Shown: positions 1-8,802, counted from the stretch's first letter. The stretch: DNA of 64,000 nucleotides from an uncultured Clostridia bacterium (GCA_944367415.1 CALVWN010000035.1:1212-65211); one strand, 5' to 3'. The notes: generated from the sequence alone by a model not told the origin. Numbers and translations: made by a program.

Positions 1-870
1 CACCCCGAACTCGTCCGGCTTCGCCTGGAAAATCGCGACCTTCAGAATTACCTCATGGATGCCGTCCGCTTCTGGATCGACGCCTTCGACATCGACGGGC
101 TGCGCCTGGACGTCGCATACCTTCTGCCGCCGTGGTTCATGGAGATGCTCCGCCGCACCGTCAACGAGAAAAAGCGCGACTTTTTCCTCGTCGGCGAGGT
201 CATCCACAACAACAATTTTCAGCAGAACGTCTGCCCCGAGCGGCTGGATTCCATCACCAACTACGAGGGATTCCGCAGCATGATCTCTGCGTTCAATTCC
301 TCCAACCTCTTTGAGATCGAACACTCCATGTCGCGCCTGTTCGCCGACACGCCGTGGGTGCTCTTCAAGGGCAAGCACCTGCTCAATTTCGTCGACAATC
401 ACGACGTCGAACGCGCCTGCACGGCGCTCAGAAACAAGGCGAACCTGCTCAATCTCTATACTCTTCTCTATACGATGCCCGGGATCCCCTGCGTGTATTA
501 CGGCTCGGAATTCGGCGCGGAGGGGGATAAGTCCGATCTTGACTACAAGCTTCGCCCCTTCATCGGCGACATCGACAGGACGGCGCACCCCGAGCTCGTG
601 GCGCACCTCGAAAAACTCGCCGACATCCGCAGGCGCTGCCCCGCGCTCTCCTACGGGAGTTATCGCAAGGCGACGTGCATGAACACCAACTTCTCCTTTG
701 TGCGCGAGACGGAGAATGAGCGCATCATCGTCGCGATCAACATCGGCGACGGCGACTGTACCGTCCGCGTGGAGGAAGCGGAGGGGGTCAACCTCCTCGA
801 CGGGCAGGTGCGCAACCTCAACGACATCTATCTTCCCCCGCACACGGCGTGCATCTATAAAAAGAACTGA
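1..870 (+). CDS. alpha-amylase family (GH13) glycoside hydrolase, C-terminal part; the 5' end lies outside the window
   Basis: Frame 1 is open from base 1 to TGA at 868-870. The translation carries GH13 signature regions: GLRLDVA (region II), FLVGEVIH (region III) and FVDNHDVER (region IV). Confidence 0.85.
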   Translation, partial: HPELVRLRLENRDLQNYLMDAVRFWIDAFDIDGLRLDVAYLLPPWFMEMLRRTVNEKKRDFFLVGEVIHNNNFQQNVCPERLDSITNYEGFRSMISAFNSSNLFEIEHSMSRLFADTPWVLFKGKHLLNFVDNHDVERACTALRNKANLLNLYTLLYTMPGIPCVYYGSEFGAEGDKSDLDYKLRPFIGDIDRTAHPELVAHLEKLADIRRRCPALSYGSYRKATCMNTNFSFVRETENERIIVAINIGDGDCTVRVEEAEGVNLLDGQVRNLNDIYLPPHTACIYKKN

Positions 871-912
871 ATATGCGCCGCGCGGCGCCCGACGGACGCC
901 GCGCGGCTTATT

Positions 913-2031
913 TTATGACCCGATCTTTTTGACGTAGCATCTTCTGCGCTTATGCAGAACGTTGCCGAAGTTTTTCCACAGATTGAGGATGGAATAGTTC
1001 TCCTCGAGGTTGAGATTGGTCTCGCAGTATTTTGCCGTGCCCTCGGTGAGCATCCGGTACAGCTCGTCGATCATGACGAGGCTGACGCCGCGGTAGGCGG
1101 GCAGTACGCCGATGAGCGCAAGGTCGATGATCTCCGGCTTTTTGACCGCCTTGAGGATGCGCAGCAGGGTGGGGATGGTCATTCTGCCGCCCGATTTTTG
1201 CACCGCGCGCGAGATGGAGGGGAAGCAAAGCCCGAAGCACACGGGTTTTTCGTCCTTGTCGAGGATCATCGTCACATACCGCACGTCGATGATCTGGCGG
1301 AAACTCCTGACCAGCTCGTCCTTCATCTTCTCGGTGAAGGGCACGGTGCCGTAGATGTCGGCATACGTCGTGTCGAGCAGTTCGAAAAACGGCTCTTTGT
1401 AGAGGCGGATGAACTCGTCCGCCGTCTTGGCGGTGCTCAGATGCAGGTCGTAGCGCTTCATCATGCGCTCGCGCATCTCCTTGAGGCGGGGATCGGGATG
1501 CTCGGGGGCGTACAGTTTGTGCTCCACCCAGTCCACTTCCTTCTCATAGCCAAGCCCCTCGATGAGCGCCTGATAGTAGGGGTAGTTGTACTGCTCCTCG
1601 AAGGTGGAAAGCTCGTCGAAACCCTCGATGAGCAGCCCTTCGCGCTCGAGGTCGGAGAACCCGAGGGGGCCGACGACTTCCTCCATGCCCTTCTCGCGCG
1701 CCCACGTCTCCACTTTCCGGAAGAGGGCGGCGGCGACCTCCTTGTCGTCGATGCAGTCAAAGCGGGTAAAGCGCACGCGCTTTTGCTTCCAGCGCTCGTT
1801 CGCCGCCCGTTGGAGGATGCCCGAGATGCGCCCGACCACCTCTTTGCCGCGATAGGCGAGGTAGTACACCGCCTCGGCGTTCTCATAGTAGTGATAGTCC
1901 TTCCGGAACAGCTTCTTCTCGTCCGCATAGAGGGGCGGTACAAAGTTGTCGTTTCCCTTGTATAATCTGAGCGGAAATTCGATGAACGCTCTGCGCTGCG
2001 CGCGCGTTTTCACTTCTTTGATCTCGATCAT
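913..2031 (-). CDS. GNAT-like acyltransferase-fold protein of unknown specificity (372 aa)
   Basis: The ORF is 913-2130. I chose the internal ATG at 2031 (MIEIKEVKTRAQRRAFIEFPL...) because GAGAGGA lies 5 nt upstream. The family call is from recollection of this conserved protein type, usually annotated N-acetyltransferase. Stop is TAA. Confidence 0.6.
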   Translation of the reverse strand: MIEIKEVKTRAQRRAFIEFPLRLYKGNDNFVPPLYADEKKLFRKDYHYYENAEAVYYLAYRGKEVVGRISGILQRAANERWKQKRVRFTRFDCIDDKEVAAALFRKVETWAREKGMEEVVGPLGFSDLEREGLLIEGFDELSTFEEQYNYPYYQALIEGLGYEKEVDWVEHKLYAPEHPDPRLKEMRERMMKRYDLHLSTAKTADEFIRLYKEPFFELLDTTYADIYGTVPFTEKMKDELVRSFRQIIDVRYVTMILDKDEKPVCFGLCFPSISRAVQKSGGRMTIPTLLRILKAVKKPEIIDLALIGVLPAYRGVSLVMIDELYRMLTEGTAKYCETNLNLEENYSILNLWKNFGNVLHKRRRCYVKKIGS

Positions 2032-2065
2032 AGATATCCTCTCGTCAAATGTCCATTCTATGAAC

Positions 2066-2094
2066 ATTATATTGTGCATCCGAAAAAATGTCAA
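2066..2094 (-). promoter_or_regulatory. sigmaA-type promoter for the GNAT-like gene
   Basis: On the minus strand it reads TTGACA, 17 nt, TATAAT, about 35 nt upstream of the ATG at 2031. Confidence 0.5.
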
Positions 2095-2132
2095 GAAAAG
2101 CGGTCGGATTTTGTCGAAATCGGGGCGCACAT

Positions 2133-2161
2133 TTGACTTTTTCGTTCGATGCGGCTATAAT
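2133..2161 (+). promoter_or_regulatory. sigmaA-type promoter for the ATP-grasp gene
   Basis: TTGACT (2133-2138), 17 nt, TATAAT (2156-2161). It lies back to back with the divergent promoter at 2066-2094. Confidence 0.55.
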
Positions 2162-2198
2162 AGAACCATCTTCTGACAGATGCGAACGGAGGGAAGCA

Positions 2199-3407
2199 AT
2201 GAAGAATTTTATCTTTCTCTCTCCCAATTTCCCGGAGAATTACTGGCGGTTCTGCGCCGCTTTGCGCGAGCGCGGCCTGCGCGTTCTCGGCATCGGCGAC
2301 TGCCCCTATGACGCCCTGCGCGAGGAGGTGCGCCGCTCCCTCGACGAATATTATTATGTCTCCTCCCTCGAGCATTATGACGAAGTGTACTCCGCCGTCG
2401 CCTTTTTTGCCTTCAAGTACGGCAAACCCGACTGGCTGGAGAGCAACAACGAGTATTGGCTGGAGCGCGACGCCCGCCTGCGGGATGACTTCAACGTCGC
2501 GAGCGGCTTTCACGCCGCCGATATGCCGCCCGTCAAATACAAGTCGCGCATGAAGGAGCGCTACCGCCTTGCGGGCATCCCCGTCGCGCGCTTCTGTTAT
2601 GCCGATCACTACGAGACCTGCCGCGATTTTCTGCGCGAAGCGGGGCGTGCCGTCGTCAAGCCGGACAACGGGGTGGGGGCGAACGCCACCTATCCCATCA
2701 CCTGTGAGGCGGATCTGCGCTCCTTCTTCGCCTCCTATCACGAGGGCTATATCATGGAGGAGTACATCGACGGCACCATCTGTTCGTACGACGCCATCGT
2801 CGACGGGGAAGGGACGCCCGTCTTTGAGACGGGCAACGTCACGCCCGCCTCCCTCATGAACATCGTCAACGAGCAGCGCGAGAGTATGTTCTACATCGTG
2901 CGCAAACTCGATCCCCGCCTGCGCGCGCTCGGCAGGGCGGCGGTCAAGAGTTTCGGCGTCAGGAGCCGCTTCATCCATTTTGAATTTTTCCGCCTGAGCA
3001 GCGACTGTTCTCTCGGCAAGGAGGGCGACTATGCGGCGCTCGAAGTGAATATGCGCCCCTCCGGCGGCTGTTCGCCCGACATGATGAACTACGCCGGCAG
3101 CACGGACGTCTATGCGCGCTGGGCGGATATGATCGCGGGCGTGCCGCCCGCGCCCGACCGGGGGAAGAAACAGATCTGCGCCTTCGTCGGGCGCAGGAGG
3201 GGGAGAGACTATGCGCTCTCCCGCGCGGAGCTGCTCGTGCGCTACGGTTCCCATATCCGCGAGTACGGCGACGTCGATCCCGCCCTCGCGCCCGCAATGG
3301 GGGACGAGCGCTTCATCGCCTGTTTCGACCGCGCGGAGGAAGTGTACAGCTTCTTTCACGAGGCGATCCGCCTGCGCGGCGCCCCCGTGCGCGACGACTA
3401 CGCCTGA
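2199..3407 (+). CDS. ATP-grasp domain protein (carboxylate-amine ligase type), substrate unknown
   Basis: ATG at 2199 is preceded by GGAGGGAAGCA. The translation (MKNFIFLSPNFPENYW...) has ATP-grasp style motifs (VVKPDNGVGA, ALEVNMRPSGG). A terminator follows. Confidence 0.8.
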   Translation: MKNFIFLSPNFPENYWRFCAALRERGLRVLGIGDCPYDALREEVRRSLDEYYYVSSLEHYDEVYSAVAFFAFKYGKPDWLESNNEYWLERDARLRDDFNVASGFHAADMPPVKYKSRMKERYRLAGIPVARFCYADHYETCRDFLREAGRAVVKPDNGVGANATYPITCEADLRSFFASYHEGYIMEEYIDGTICSYDAIVDGEGTPVFETGNVTPASLMNIVNEQRESMFYIVRKLDPRLRALGRAAVKSFGVRSRFIHFEFFRLSSDCSLGKEGDYAALEVNMRPSGGCSPDMMNYAGSTDVYARWADMIAGVPPAPDRGKKQICAFVGRRRGRDYALSRAELLVRYGSHIREYGDVDPALAPAMGDERFIACFDRAEEVYSFFHEAIRLRGAPVRDDYA

Positions 3408-3408
3408 G

Positions 3409-3441
3409 ATCCTGCGGAAAAAAATTCCGCAGGATTTTTTT
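3409..3441 (+). terminator. Rho-independent terminator
   Basis: Stem ATCCTGCGGAA / TTCCGCAGGAT with an A-rich loop, followed by a T run. Confidence 0.8.
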
Positions 3442-3461
3442 GAAAAAGTCCGTTCAAACGG

Positions 3462-3490
3462 TTGACACCGCCCTTCATCCATGATAGAAT
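3462..3490 (+). promoter_or_regulatory. feo operon promoter (extended -10)
   Basis: TTGACA (3462-3467), 17 nt, TGATAGAAT with TAGAAT at 3485-3490. Confidence 0.65.
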
Positions 3491-3498
3491 AGAGGCAA

Positions 3499-3548
3499 GT
3501 TCGTTGAGGCGAACATTATTTTCAGAAGATTAGTTCGCATATGCGAAC
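3499..3548. promoter_or_regulatory. two GTTCG-N6-CGAAC palindromes (candidate operator pair) in the feo leader
   Basis: GTTCGTTGAGGCGAAC at 3499-3514, and the perfect palindrome GTTCGCATATGCGAAC at 3533-3548. Both lie just downstream of the -10 box. Confidence 0.45.
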
Positions 3549-3583
3549 GCTCTGCGGGACGCGCAGGGCAGAAAGGAGAAAGT

Positions 3584-3796
3584 ATGCCGCTCATTCTTGC
3601 GCCCATCGGGCAGGAAGTCAGGATCGTCAGGATCGTTGCAGACGAAAAGACAAGAAAACACCTCGCCAATCTCGGGCTGTTGGTGGATGCGACGGTGACC
3701 GTCCTCTCCTCGGCAGGGGGGAGCACGGTGTGCCGCGTGAAGGAGGGGCGTCTCGCGCTCGACAGAAACGTCGCCGCGCACATCTATGTCGCCTGA
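3584..3796 (+). CDS. feoA: FeoA family iron transport protein
   Basis: 70 aa with an SH3-like FeoA pattern (GQEVRIVRI...LGLLVDATVTVL). RBS is AAAGGAGAAAG. It sits upstream of feoB. Confidence 0.85.
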   Translation: MPLILAPIGQEVRIVRIVADEKTRKHLANLGLLVDATVTVLSSAGGSTVCRVKEGRLALDRNVAAHIYVA

Positions 3797-3826
3797 AGAA
3801 ATGTTGTTCAAATTGTGGAGGCCGTT

Positions 3827-4060
3827 ATGAGAAAGACTTTGGAGGACTTCGTGCCCGGAGAGAAGGGCGTCATCGTTGCCGTCGCGGGCGAGGGGCGTGT
3901 CCGTCGCCGCCTGTTCGACATGGGCGTCACGCCCGGAGCGGAAGTCGTCATGCGAAAGAAGGCGCCGCTGGGCGATCCCATCGAGGTGACGCTGCGCGGC
4001 TATGAGCTGACGCTCCGCAAGACGGAGGCGGCGTGCGTGACGATGGAGGTGAAGAAGTGA
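3827..4060 (+). CDS. feoA: FeoA family iron transport protein (second copy)
   Basis: ATG at 3827 lies 5 nt after GGAGG. The translation contains GEKGVIVAV...RRRLFDMGVTPGAEV. A GTG at 3815 is an alternative start. Confidence 0.85.
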   Translation: MRKTLEDFVPGEKGVIVAVAGEGRVRRRLFDMGVTPGAEVVMRKKAPLGDPIEVTLRGYELTLRKTEAACVTMEVKK

Positions 4061-6420
4061 AACAGTTTGCGCTTGCGGGCAATCCCAACTGCGGAAAGAC
4101 CACGCTCTTCAACCTTCTGACCGGCTCGACGGCGTACGTCGGCAACTGGCCGGGCGTCACCGTCGATAAAAAGGTCGGTACATACAAAAAGGGCGCGGAG
4201 CCGGTGCAGATCGTCGATCTTCCCGGGATCTATTCGCTCTCGCCCTACACCCCCGAGGAGGTCATCTCGCGCAATTTCATCCTTGACGAGAGACCCGCGT
4301 GCGTCATCAACATCGTCGACGCGACCAACCTCGAGAGAAATCTCTATCTGACGACGCAGATCATGGAGATCGACGTTCCCATGGTCATCGCGCTCAACAT
4401 GATGGACGAAGTGGAGAAGTCGGGCGACGTCATCGACGCCAAGATGCTCGAGGAAAAGATCGGGCTGCCCGTCGTCGCCATCTCCGCCCTCAAGGGCACG
4501 GGCATCAAGGAACTGATGGATCGGGCGATCGCCGTCTCCAGGCAGCCGCGCGAGGGCGTGACCGTCCTCAAGGATTCGCCCATCGCCCACCTCGTGCGCG
4601 ACGTCAGCATCGCGCTCAAGGCGCAGGGCGTCGGCGCGCCGCTCTTCCACGCGGTCAAACTCTCCGAGATGGACGAGATCGAATGTAAGATGCATCCCGA
4701 TCTCGTGAAGATGGTCGATGAGTTCAAGGCGACCTTCCAGGACGACACCTTCGGGGACGATCTCGAGGCGGTCGTCGCGGACGCGAGATACAAGTACATC
4801 TCCGCCAACTATTCCACCGCCTACAAAAAGACGGGGGAGAAGGAGACAAAGCTCTCGAAGAGCGACAAGGCGGACAAAGTGCTCACGCACAGGGTGTGGG
4901 GCATCCCCATCTTCATCGTCATCCTCTTTGTCATCTTCCACCTCACCTTCTCGGAGGATCTGTTCTATATCAGCGCGATCGCGGGCGGGCTTCCCACCCT
5001 CGAAGATCTGGGCATGGATATGGAAAACGGCGCCGTGACGCTGCTCGCCTGTTTCTATGACGGCGCGGTGTTCTCGCCGGGCGTCATCCTCACAAATCTC
5101 CTGAACTGGGTGCTCGAATGGATCAACGTTCTCGCCGAAATGGCGTGTGCGTCCGCGCCCGGCTGGGTGGGGAGCTTCGTCGTCGACGGCGTCCTGGGCG
5201 GCGTCTTTGCGGTGCTCGGCTTCATCCCGCAGATCCTGACCCTGTTCCTGTTCTTCTCCATTCTCGAAGATTCCGGCTATATGGCGCGTATCGCGTTCAT
5301 TCTCGACCGCATCTTCCGCCGGTTCGGGCTTTCGGGCAGGGCGTTCATGCCCATGGTCATGGGCTTCGGCTGCTCGCTGCCCGCCATGATCAACACGCGC
5401 ACCCTCGCGGATGAAAAGGAGCGCACCTCCACCGTCCGCGTCATCCCGTTCTTCTCCTGCGGCGCCAAATTGCCCATTTTAACGGCAGTCGCGGGCGCGA
5501 TCGTGGCGGCGTCTGGCACGGGCAATGCCGACGTCATCACGATGTGTATGTACCTTCTGGGCATCTGTACGGCGATCGTCACCGTCATCCTGATGCGCTC
5601 GACGACCATGCGCGGGGAAGTGCCTCCCTTCATCATGGAGCTTCCCGCCTACCACGCGCCGCGCTTCTCCTCCCTCATGATCCACCTGTGGGATAAGACC
5701 AAGCACTACGTCAAGAAGGCATTCACCATCATCCTCGCATCCACCATCGTCATCTGGTTCTTCTCCAGCTTCAGCTGGAACTGGGAGTTCCTCATCGAGA
5801 CGCGCATCGTGGACGGCGAGGAGGTGACGGCAAACTTCCGCATGGACGAGAGCATCATCGGCGGGCTGGGCATGCTCATTCAGCCGCTCTTCACGCCGCT
5901 CGGCTTCGGCTCGCAGATCGGCACCAACGGCTGGGTGTTCGCCGTCGCCGCCATCACGGGGCTTGTCGCAAAAGAGAACGTCATCGCGACCTTCGGCACG
6001 CTCGCTTCCACCATCGCAGGCGGCTATATCGCCACCGAAGAGGGCATCAGCGAAGTGACTGCCATGATCCAGAACACGACCATCGGCACGCCCGCGCTCA
6101 TTGCGTTCATCGCCTTCAATATGCTCACCATTCCCTGCTTTGCCGCCTGCGCGACGGCAAAGGCGGAACTTCCCAAGGGAAAGTTCAGGTGGACGCTTCT
6201 GTTCTGGCTCGCCACGTCATACAGTGTCTCCATGATGATCTATCTCATCGGAACATGGTGGTGGACGTGCTTCATCTTTGCGGCGATCATCGCCGCGGCA
6301 GTCGTCGGCATCGTCTTCTGGAATAAAAAGCATCCGCTTGAGAGCGAACGGCCCGCGGACGGACGGGAAGAAGGGGAAGTGCAGGCGGAAGCCGCCGCAG
6401 CGCAAGAGGCAAAGAAATGA
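4057..6420 (+). CDS. feoB: ferrous iron transporter FeoB
   Basis: N-terminal G-domain (GNPNCGKTTLFNLLTG, DLPGIYSL) followed by a polytopic membrane domain. I chose the GTG at 4057 (GGAGG 6 nt upstream, overlapping the feoA stop). An ATG at 4033 is an alternative start. Confidence 0.95.
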   Translation: MKQFALAGNPNCGKTTLFNLLTGSTAYVGNWPGVTVDKKVGTYKKGAEPVQIVDLPGIYSLSPYTPEEVISRNFILDERPACVINIVDATNLERNLYLTTQIMEIDVPMVIALNMMDEVEKSGDVIDAKMLEEKIGLPVVAISALKGTGIKELMDRAIAVSRQPREGVTVLKDSPIAHLVRDVSIALKAQGVGAPLFHAVKLSEMDEIECKMHPDLVKMVDEFKATFQDDTFGDDLEAVVADARYKYISANYSTAYKKTGEKETKLSKSDKADKVLTHRVWGIPIFIVILFVIFHLTFSEDLFYISAIAGGLPTLEDLGMDMENGAVTLLACFYDGAVFSPGVILTNLLNWVLEWINVLAEMACASAPGWVGSFVVDGVLGGVFAVLGFIPQILTLFLFFSILEDSGYMARIAFILDRIFRRFGLSGRAFMPMVMGFGCSLPAMINTRTLADEKERTSTVRVIPFFSCGAKLPILTAVAGAIVAASGTGNADVITMCMYLLGICTAIVTVILMRSTTMRGEVPPFIMELPAYHAPRFSSLMIHLWDKTKHYVKKAFTIILASTIVIWFFSSFSWNWEFLIETRIVDGEEVTANFRMDESIIGGLGMLIQPLFTPLGFGSQIGTNGWVFAVAAITGLVAKENVIATFGTLASTIAGGYIATEEGISEVTAMIQNTTIGTPALIAFIAFNMLTIPCFAACATAKAELPKGKFRWTLLFWLATSYSVSMMIYLIGTWWWTCFIFAAIIAAAVVGIVFWNKKHPLESERPADGREEGEVQAEAAAAQEAKK

Positions 6421-6620
6421 CATGGTATGAGATCCTTATCATCATCGCCGCCTGCGCCATCGTTCTGGGCGTCATCGTGACGTCCGTCATCCGCAAAAAA
6501 CAGGGCAAGCCGGGCTGCGGCTGCGACTGCAGCGGCTGCGCGGGATGCGCGGGCTGCTCGGCGCACCGCCCCGAAAAAAAAGACCCTCATTCCAAACAGC
6601 ACACACAGCAATCTCCATAA
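6417..6620 (+). CDS. FeoB-associated Cys-rich membrane protein
   Basis: ATGA overlap with the feoB stop. One TM helix is followed by GCGCDCSGCAGCAGC, the typical FeoB-associated small-protein pattern. Confidence 0.8.
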   Translation: MTWYEILIIIAACAIVLGVIVTSVIRKKQGKPGCGCDCSGCAGCAGCSAHRPEKKDPHSKQHTQQSP

Positions 6621-6631
6621 ATCTTCGGAAA

Positions 6632-6660
6632 AGGGGAGCCGTTCGCGGCTCCTCTTTTTC
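6632..6660 (+). terminator. Rho-independent terminator of the feo operon
   Basis: Stem GGGGAGCCG / CGGCTCCTC, loop TTCG, then TTTTT. Confidence 0.8.
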
Positions 6661-6746
6661 GCGAGTAAAGCGAAAAACGAATGACGGCAAACAGTTTTTC
6701 GGCATAGTCAAAGGGCGCGGAACGCCCGTCCCGGGGCGGGTTCGGC

Positions 6747-6776
6747 TTGACAAACGGGGGCATTTTTTGGTAAAAT
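6747..6776 (+). promoter_or_regulatory. candidate promoter (extended -10)
   Basis: TTGACA (6747-6752), 18 nt, TGGTAAAAT (TAAAAT at 6771-6776), about 30 nt upstream of the GTG start at 6809. Confidence 0.5.
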
Positions 6777-6808
6777 AGAGAAAATACACGATCGGAAAGG
6801 AGGTCTCC

Positions 6809-8200
6809 GTGATCTATTTCAACAACAAATCCAACTTGCTGGAAGATACCATCTATCACTACGAATTGCAGGACGTCGCGGAGCCGGAACTGTTCCGCGA
6901 GATGTTCGACTACGAGTCCATCCCCAAGATCGCCTTCAACAACCGCCACGTTCCCATCAATATGCCCGACGAGATCTGGATGACGGACACGACCTTCCGC
7001 GACGGACAGCAGTCCACGTCGCCCTTTACGGTCAAGCAGATCGTCGATCTCTACAAGCTCATGTCGCGGCTGGGCGGCGAGAAGGGGCTGGTGCGCCAGT
7101 CGGAGTTCTTCGTCTATTCCAAAAAGGACAAAGAGGCGCTGCACGCCTGTCAGGATACGGGGCTGAAATTCCCCGAGATCACGACGTGGATCCGGGCGAA
7201 TCCCAAGGATTTCGAACTCGTCAAAGAGGCGGGCGTCGCCGAGACGGGGATCCTGGTGAGCTGTTCGGACTACCACATCTTCAAGAAGATGCATCTCACC
7301 CGCCGTCAGGCGCTCGACCAGTATCTGGGCATCGTCAAGAGCGCGCTCTCCCACGGCATCCGTCCGCGCTGTCACTTTGAGGACATCACCCGCGCGAGCT
7401 TTTACGGCTTTGTCGTGCCGTTTGCGACCGAGCTCATGAAACTCTCCCGCGAGAGCGGCATCCCCATCAAGATCAGAATGTGCGACACGATGGGCTTCGG
7501 CGTCTCTTTCCCGGGGACGTCGCTGCCGAGAAGCGTCCAGGGCATCGTCTACGGGCTGAACCACTACGCGGGCGTGCCGCACGAACTGCTCGAATGGCAC
7601 GGGCACAACGACTTCTATAAGGCGGTCTCCAACGCCTCCACGGCATGGCTGTACGGTGCTTCCGCGGTCAACTGCTCGCTGCTTGGCATCGGCGAGCGCA
7701 CGGGCAACTGTCCGCTCGAGGCGATGGCGGTGGAGTACGCCTCCTTTCGCGGCACGATGGACGGTATGGACTTCACGGCGATCACCGACATCGCCGACTA
7801 CTTCGAGCGCGAGATCAGTTACAACATCCCGCCCAAGACGCCCTTCGTCGGGCGTGCGTTCAACGCGACCCGCGCGGGCATCCACGCGGACGGACTGTTA
7901 AAGGACGAGGAGATCTACAACATCTTCGACACGGCAAAGATCCTCAACCGCCCCGCGCGCGTCTCCGTCAACAAGACGAGCGGGCTTGCGGGCATCGCCT
8001 TCTGGATCAACGACTACTACAAGCTCCCCGACGAGCACAAGGTGGACAAGCGCGACCCGCTCGTCGTTGCGATGAAGGAGCATATCGACGCGGAGTACGA
8101 GGAGGGGCGCAACAGTTCGTTCGGCGACGACGAACTCGTCAATCTCATCTACGCGATCGACGCACACCGCATCCGCGAGCTGGAGGCGTTCAGCCTCTGA
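6809..8200 (+). CDS. HMGL-like (isopropylmalate/homocitrate synthase family) enzyme, probably Re-face citrate synthase
   Basis: GTG start after AAAGGAGG. Contains DTTFRDGQQS, HFEDITR and EWHGHNDFY motifs of the DRE-TIM aldolase family. The N-terminal YHYELQDV...IPKIAFNNRHVPINMPDEIWMTDTTFRDGQQ segment matches my recollection of clostridial Re-citrate synthases. Confidence 0.6.
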   Translation: MIYFNNKSNLLEDTIYHYELQDVAEPELFREMFDYESIPKIAFNNRHVPINMPDEIWMTDTTFRDGQQSTSPFTVKQIVDLYKLMSRLGGEKGLVRQSEFFVYSKKDKEALHACQDTGLKFPEITTWIRANPKDFELVKEAGVAETGILVSCSDYHIFKKMHLTRRQALDQYLGIVKSALSHGIRPRCHFEDITRASFYGFVVPFATELMKLSRESGIPIKIRMCDTMGFGVSFPGTSLPRSVQGIVYGLNHYAGVPHELLEWHGHNDFYKAVSNASTAWLYGASAVNCSLLGIGERTGNCPLEAMAVEYASFRGTMDGMDFTAITDIADYFEREISYNIPPKTPFVGRAFNATRAGIHADGLLKDEEIYNIFDTAKILNRPARVSVNKTSGLAGIAFWINDYYKLPDEHKVDKRDPLVVAMKEHIDAEYEEGRNSSFGDDELVNLIYAIDAHRIRELEAFSL

Positions 8201-8211
8201 GGGAGGATCCT

Positions 8212-8802
8212 ATGGAGAAACAGATCAGACGGACGTTCCGCTGGGGAACGGTTATTCCGATGACGCTCACGGCATTTTCGTGCATCCTGCTCTTTTGCAA
8301 CAACGTCATGCCGCTTACGGCGCTCGCCGCTTCGGCGGGCGCGCTGCTGCTTGCGGCGGGCGTCGTGCGCGCCGTCGCCTTCTTTCTCGGGCAGCGCATC
8401 CACGTCGCAAAGATGCTCGCCGGCGTCGTGTGCGTGTCGGTGGGGCTGTGGGCGCTCATCACCTGCACCGATTTTTCACGCAGCGTGCTCGCGCTGGGGC
8501 TGGGCATCGCCCTCGCGGTGAATGCCGCGGCGGAGGGCTTCGGCGCATGGGAGATGCGCAAAAACCGCGCGGCGCTCGCCGTGCGCATCCTGTTTGCCGC
8601 GGGATATGCGGCGACGGGCATCCTGCTCATCGTCTCGGCGTTCCTCTCCGTCTTTCCCTCATCGGGCGCCGCCCTCGTCACGGCGGGCGCGGTCATGCTG
8701 TTCTCCTGTGCGGAGGAACTCGTGCTGCTGATCGCGGGCGGAGTTTTCGAGGAGGAGACGCTCGTCTACCGCCGCGCGCCCAAGGACGGCGGGCAATTGT
8801 GA
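8212..8802 (+). CDS. hypothetical polytopic membrane protein (196 aa)
   Basis: ATG at 8212 follows GGGAGGATCC. About six hydrophobic helices are visible. The ORF-track N-terminal extension back to 7645 overlaps the synthase gene and was rejected. Confidence 0.6.
   Translation: MEKQIRRTFRWGTVIPMTLTAFSCILLFCNNVMPLTALAASAGALLLAAGVVRAVAFFLGQRIHVAKMLAGVVCVSVGLWALITCTDFSRSVLALGLGIALAVNAAAEGFGAWEMRKNRAALAVRILFAAGYAATGILLIVSAFLSVFPSSGAALVTAGAVMLFSCAEELVLLIAGGVFEEETLVYRRAPKDGGQL

Noticed and set aside
913-3407. Graspetide (microviridin-like) RiPP cluster built from the ATP-grasp and GNAT genes.
   Set aside because: No small precursor-peptide ORF, transporter or second ATP-grasp gene is adjacent. The intergenic region is filled by two promoters, and both gene ends abut a terminator or a convergent gene.
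2091-3482. A 463-aa minus-strand ORF opposite the ATP-grasp gene. Similar antisense ORFs run opposite yitT (9223-10269), feoB (4000-4941), the citrate synthase gene (6587-7885), typA (56730-58403) and GH127 (62677-63978).
   Set aside because: Same reasoning: these are shadow ORFs of GC-rich genes. The sense strand carries unambiguous family motifs.
7645-8211. N-terminal extension of the membrane-protein ORF back to 7645, which would give 385 aa.
   Set aside because: The extension overlaps the synthase gene in another frame and is Arg-rich nonsense. A good RBS and ATG occur at 8212, right after the synthase stop.
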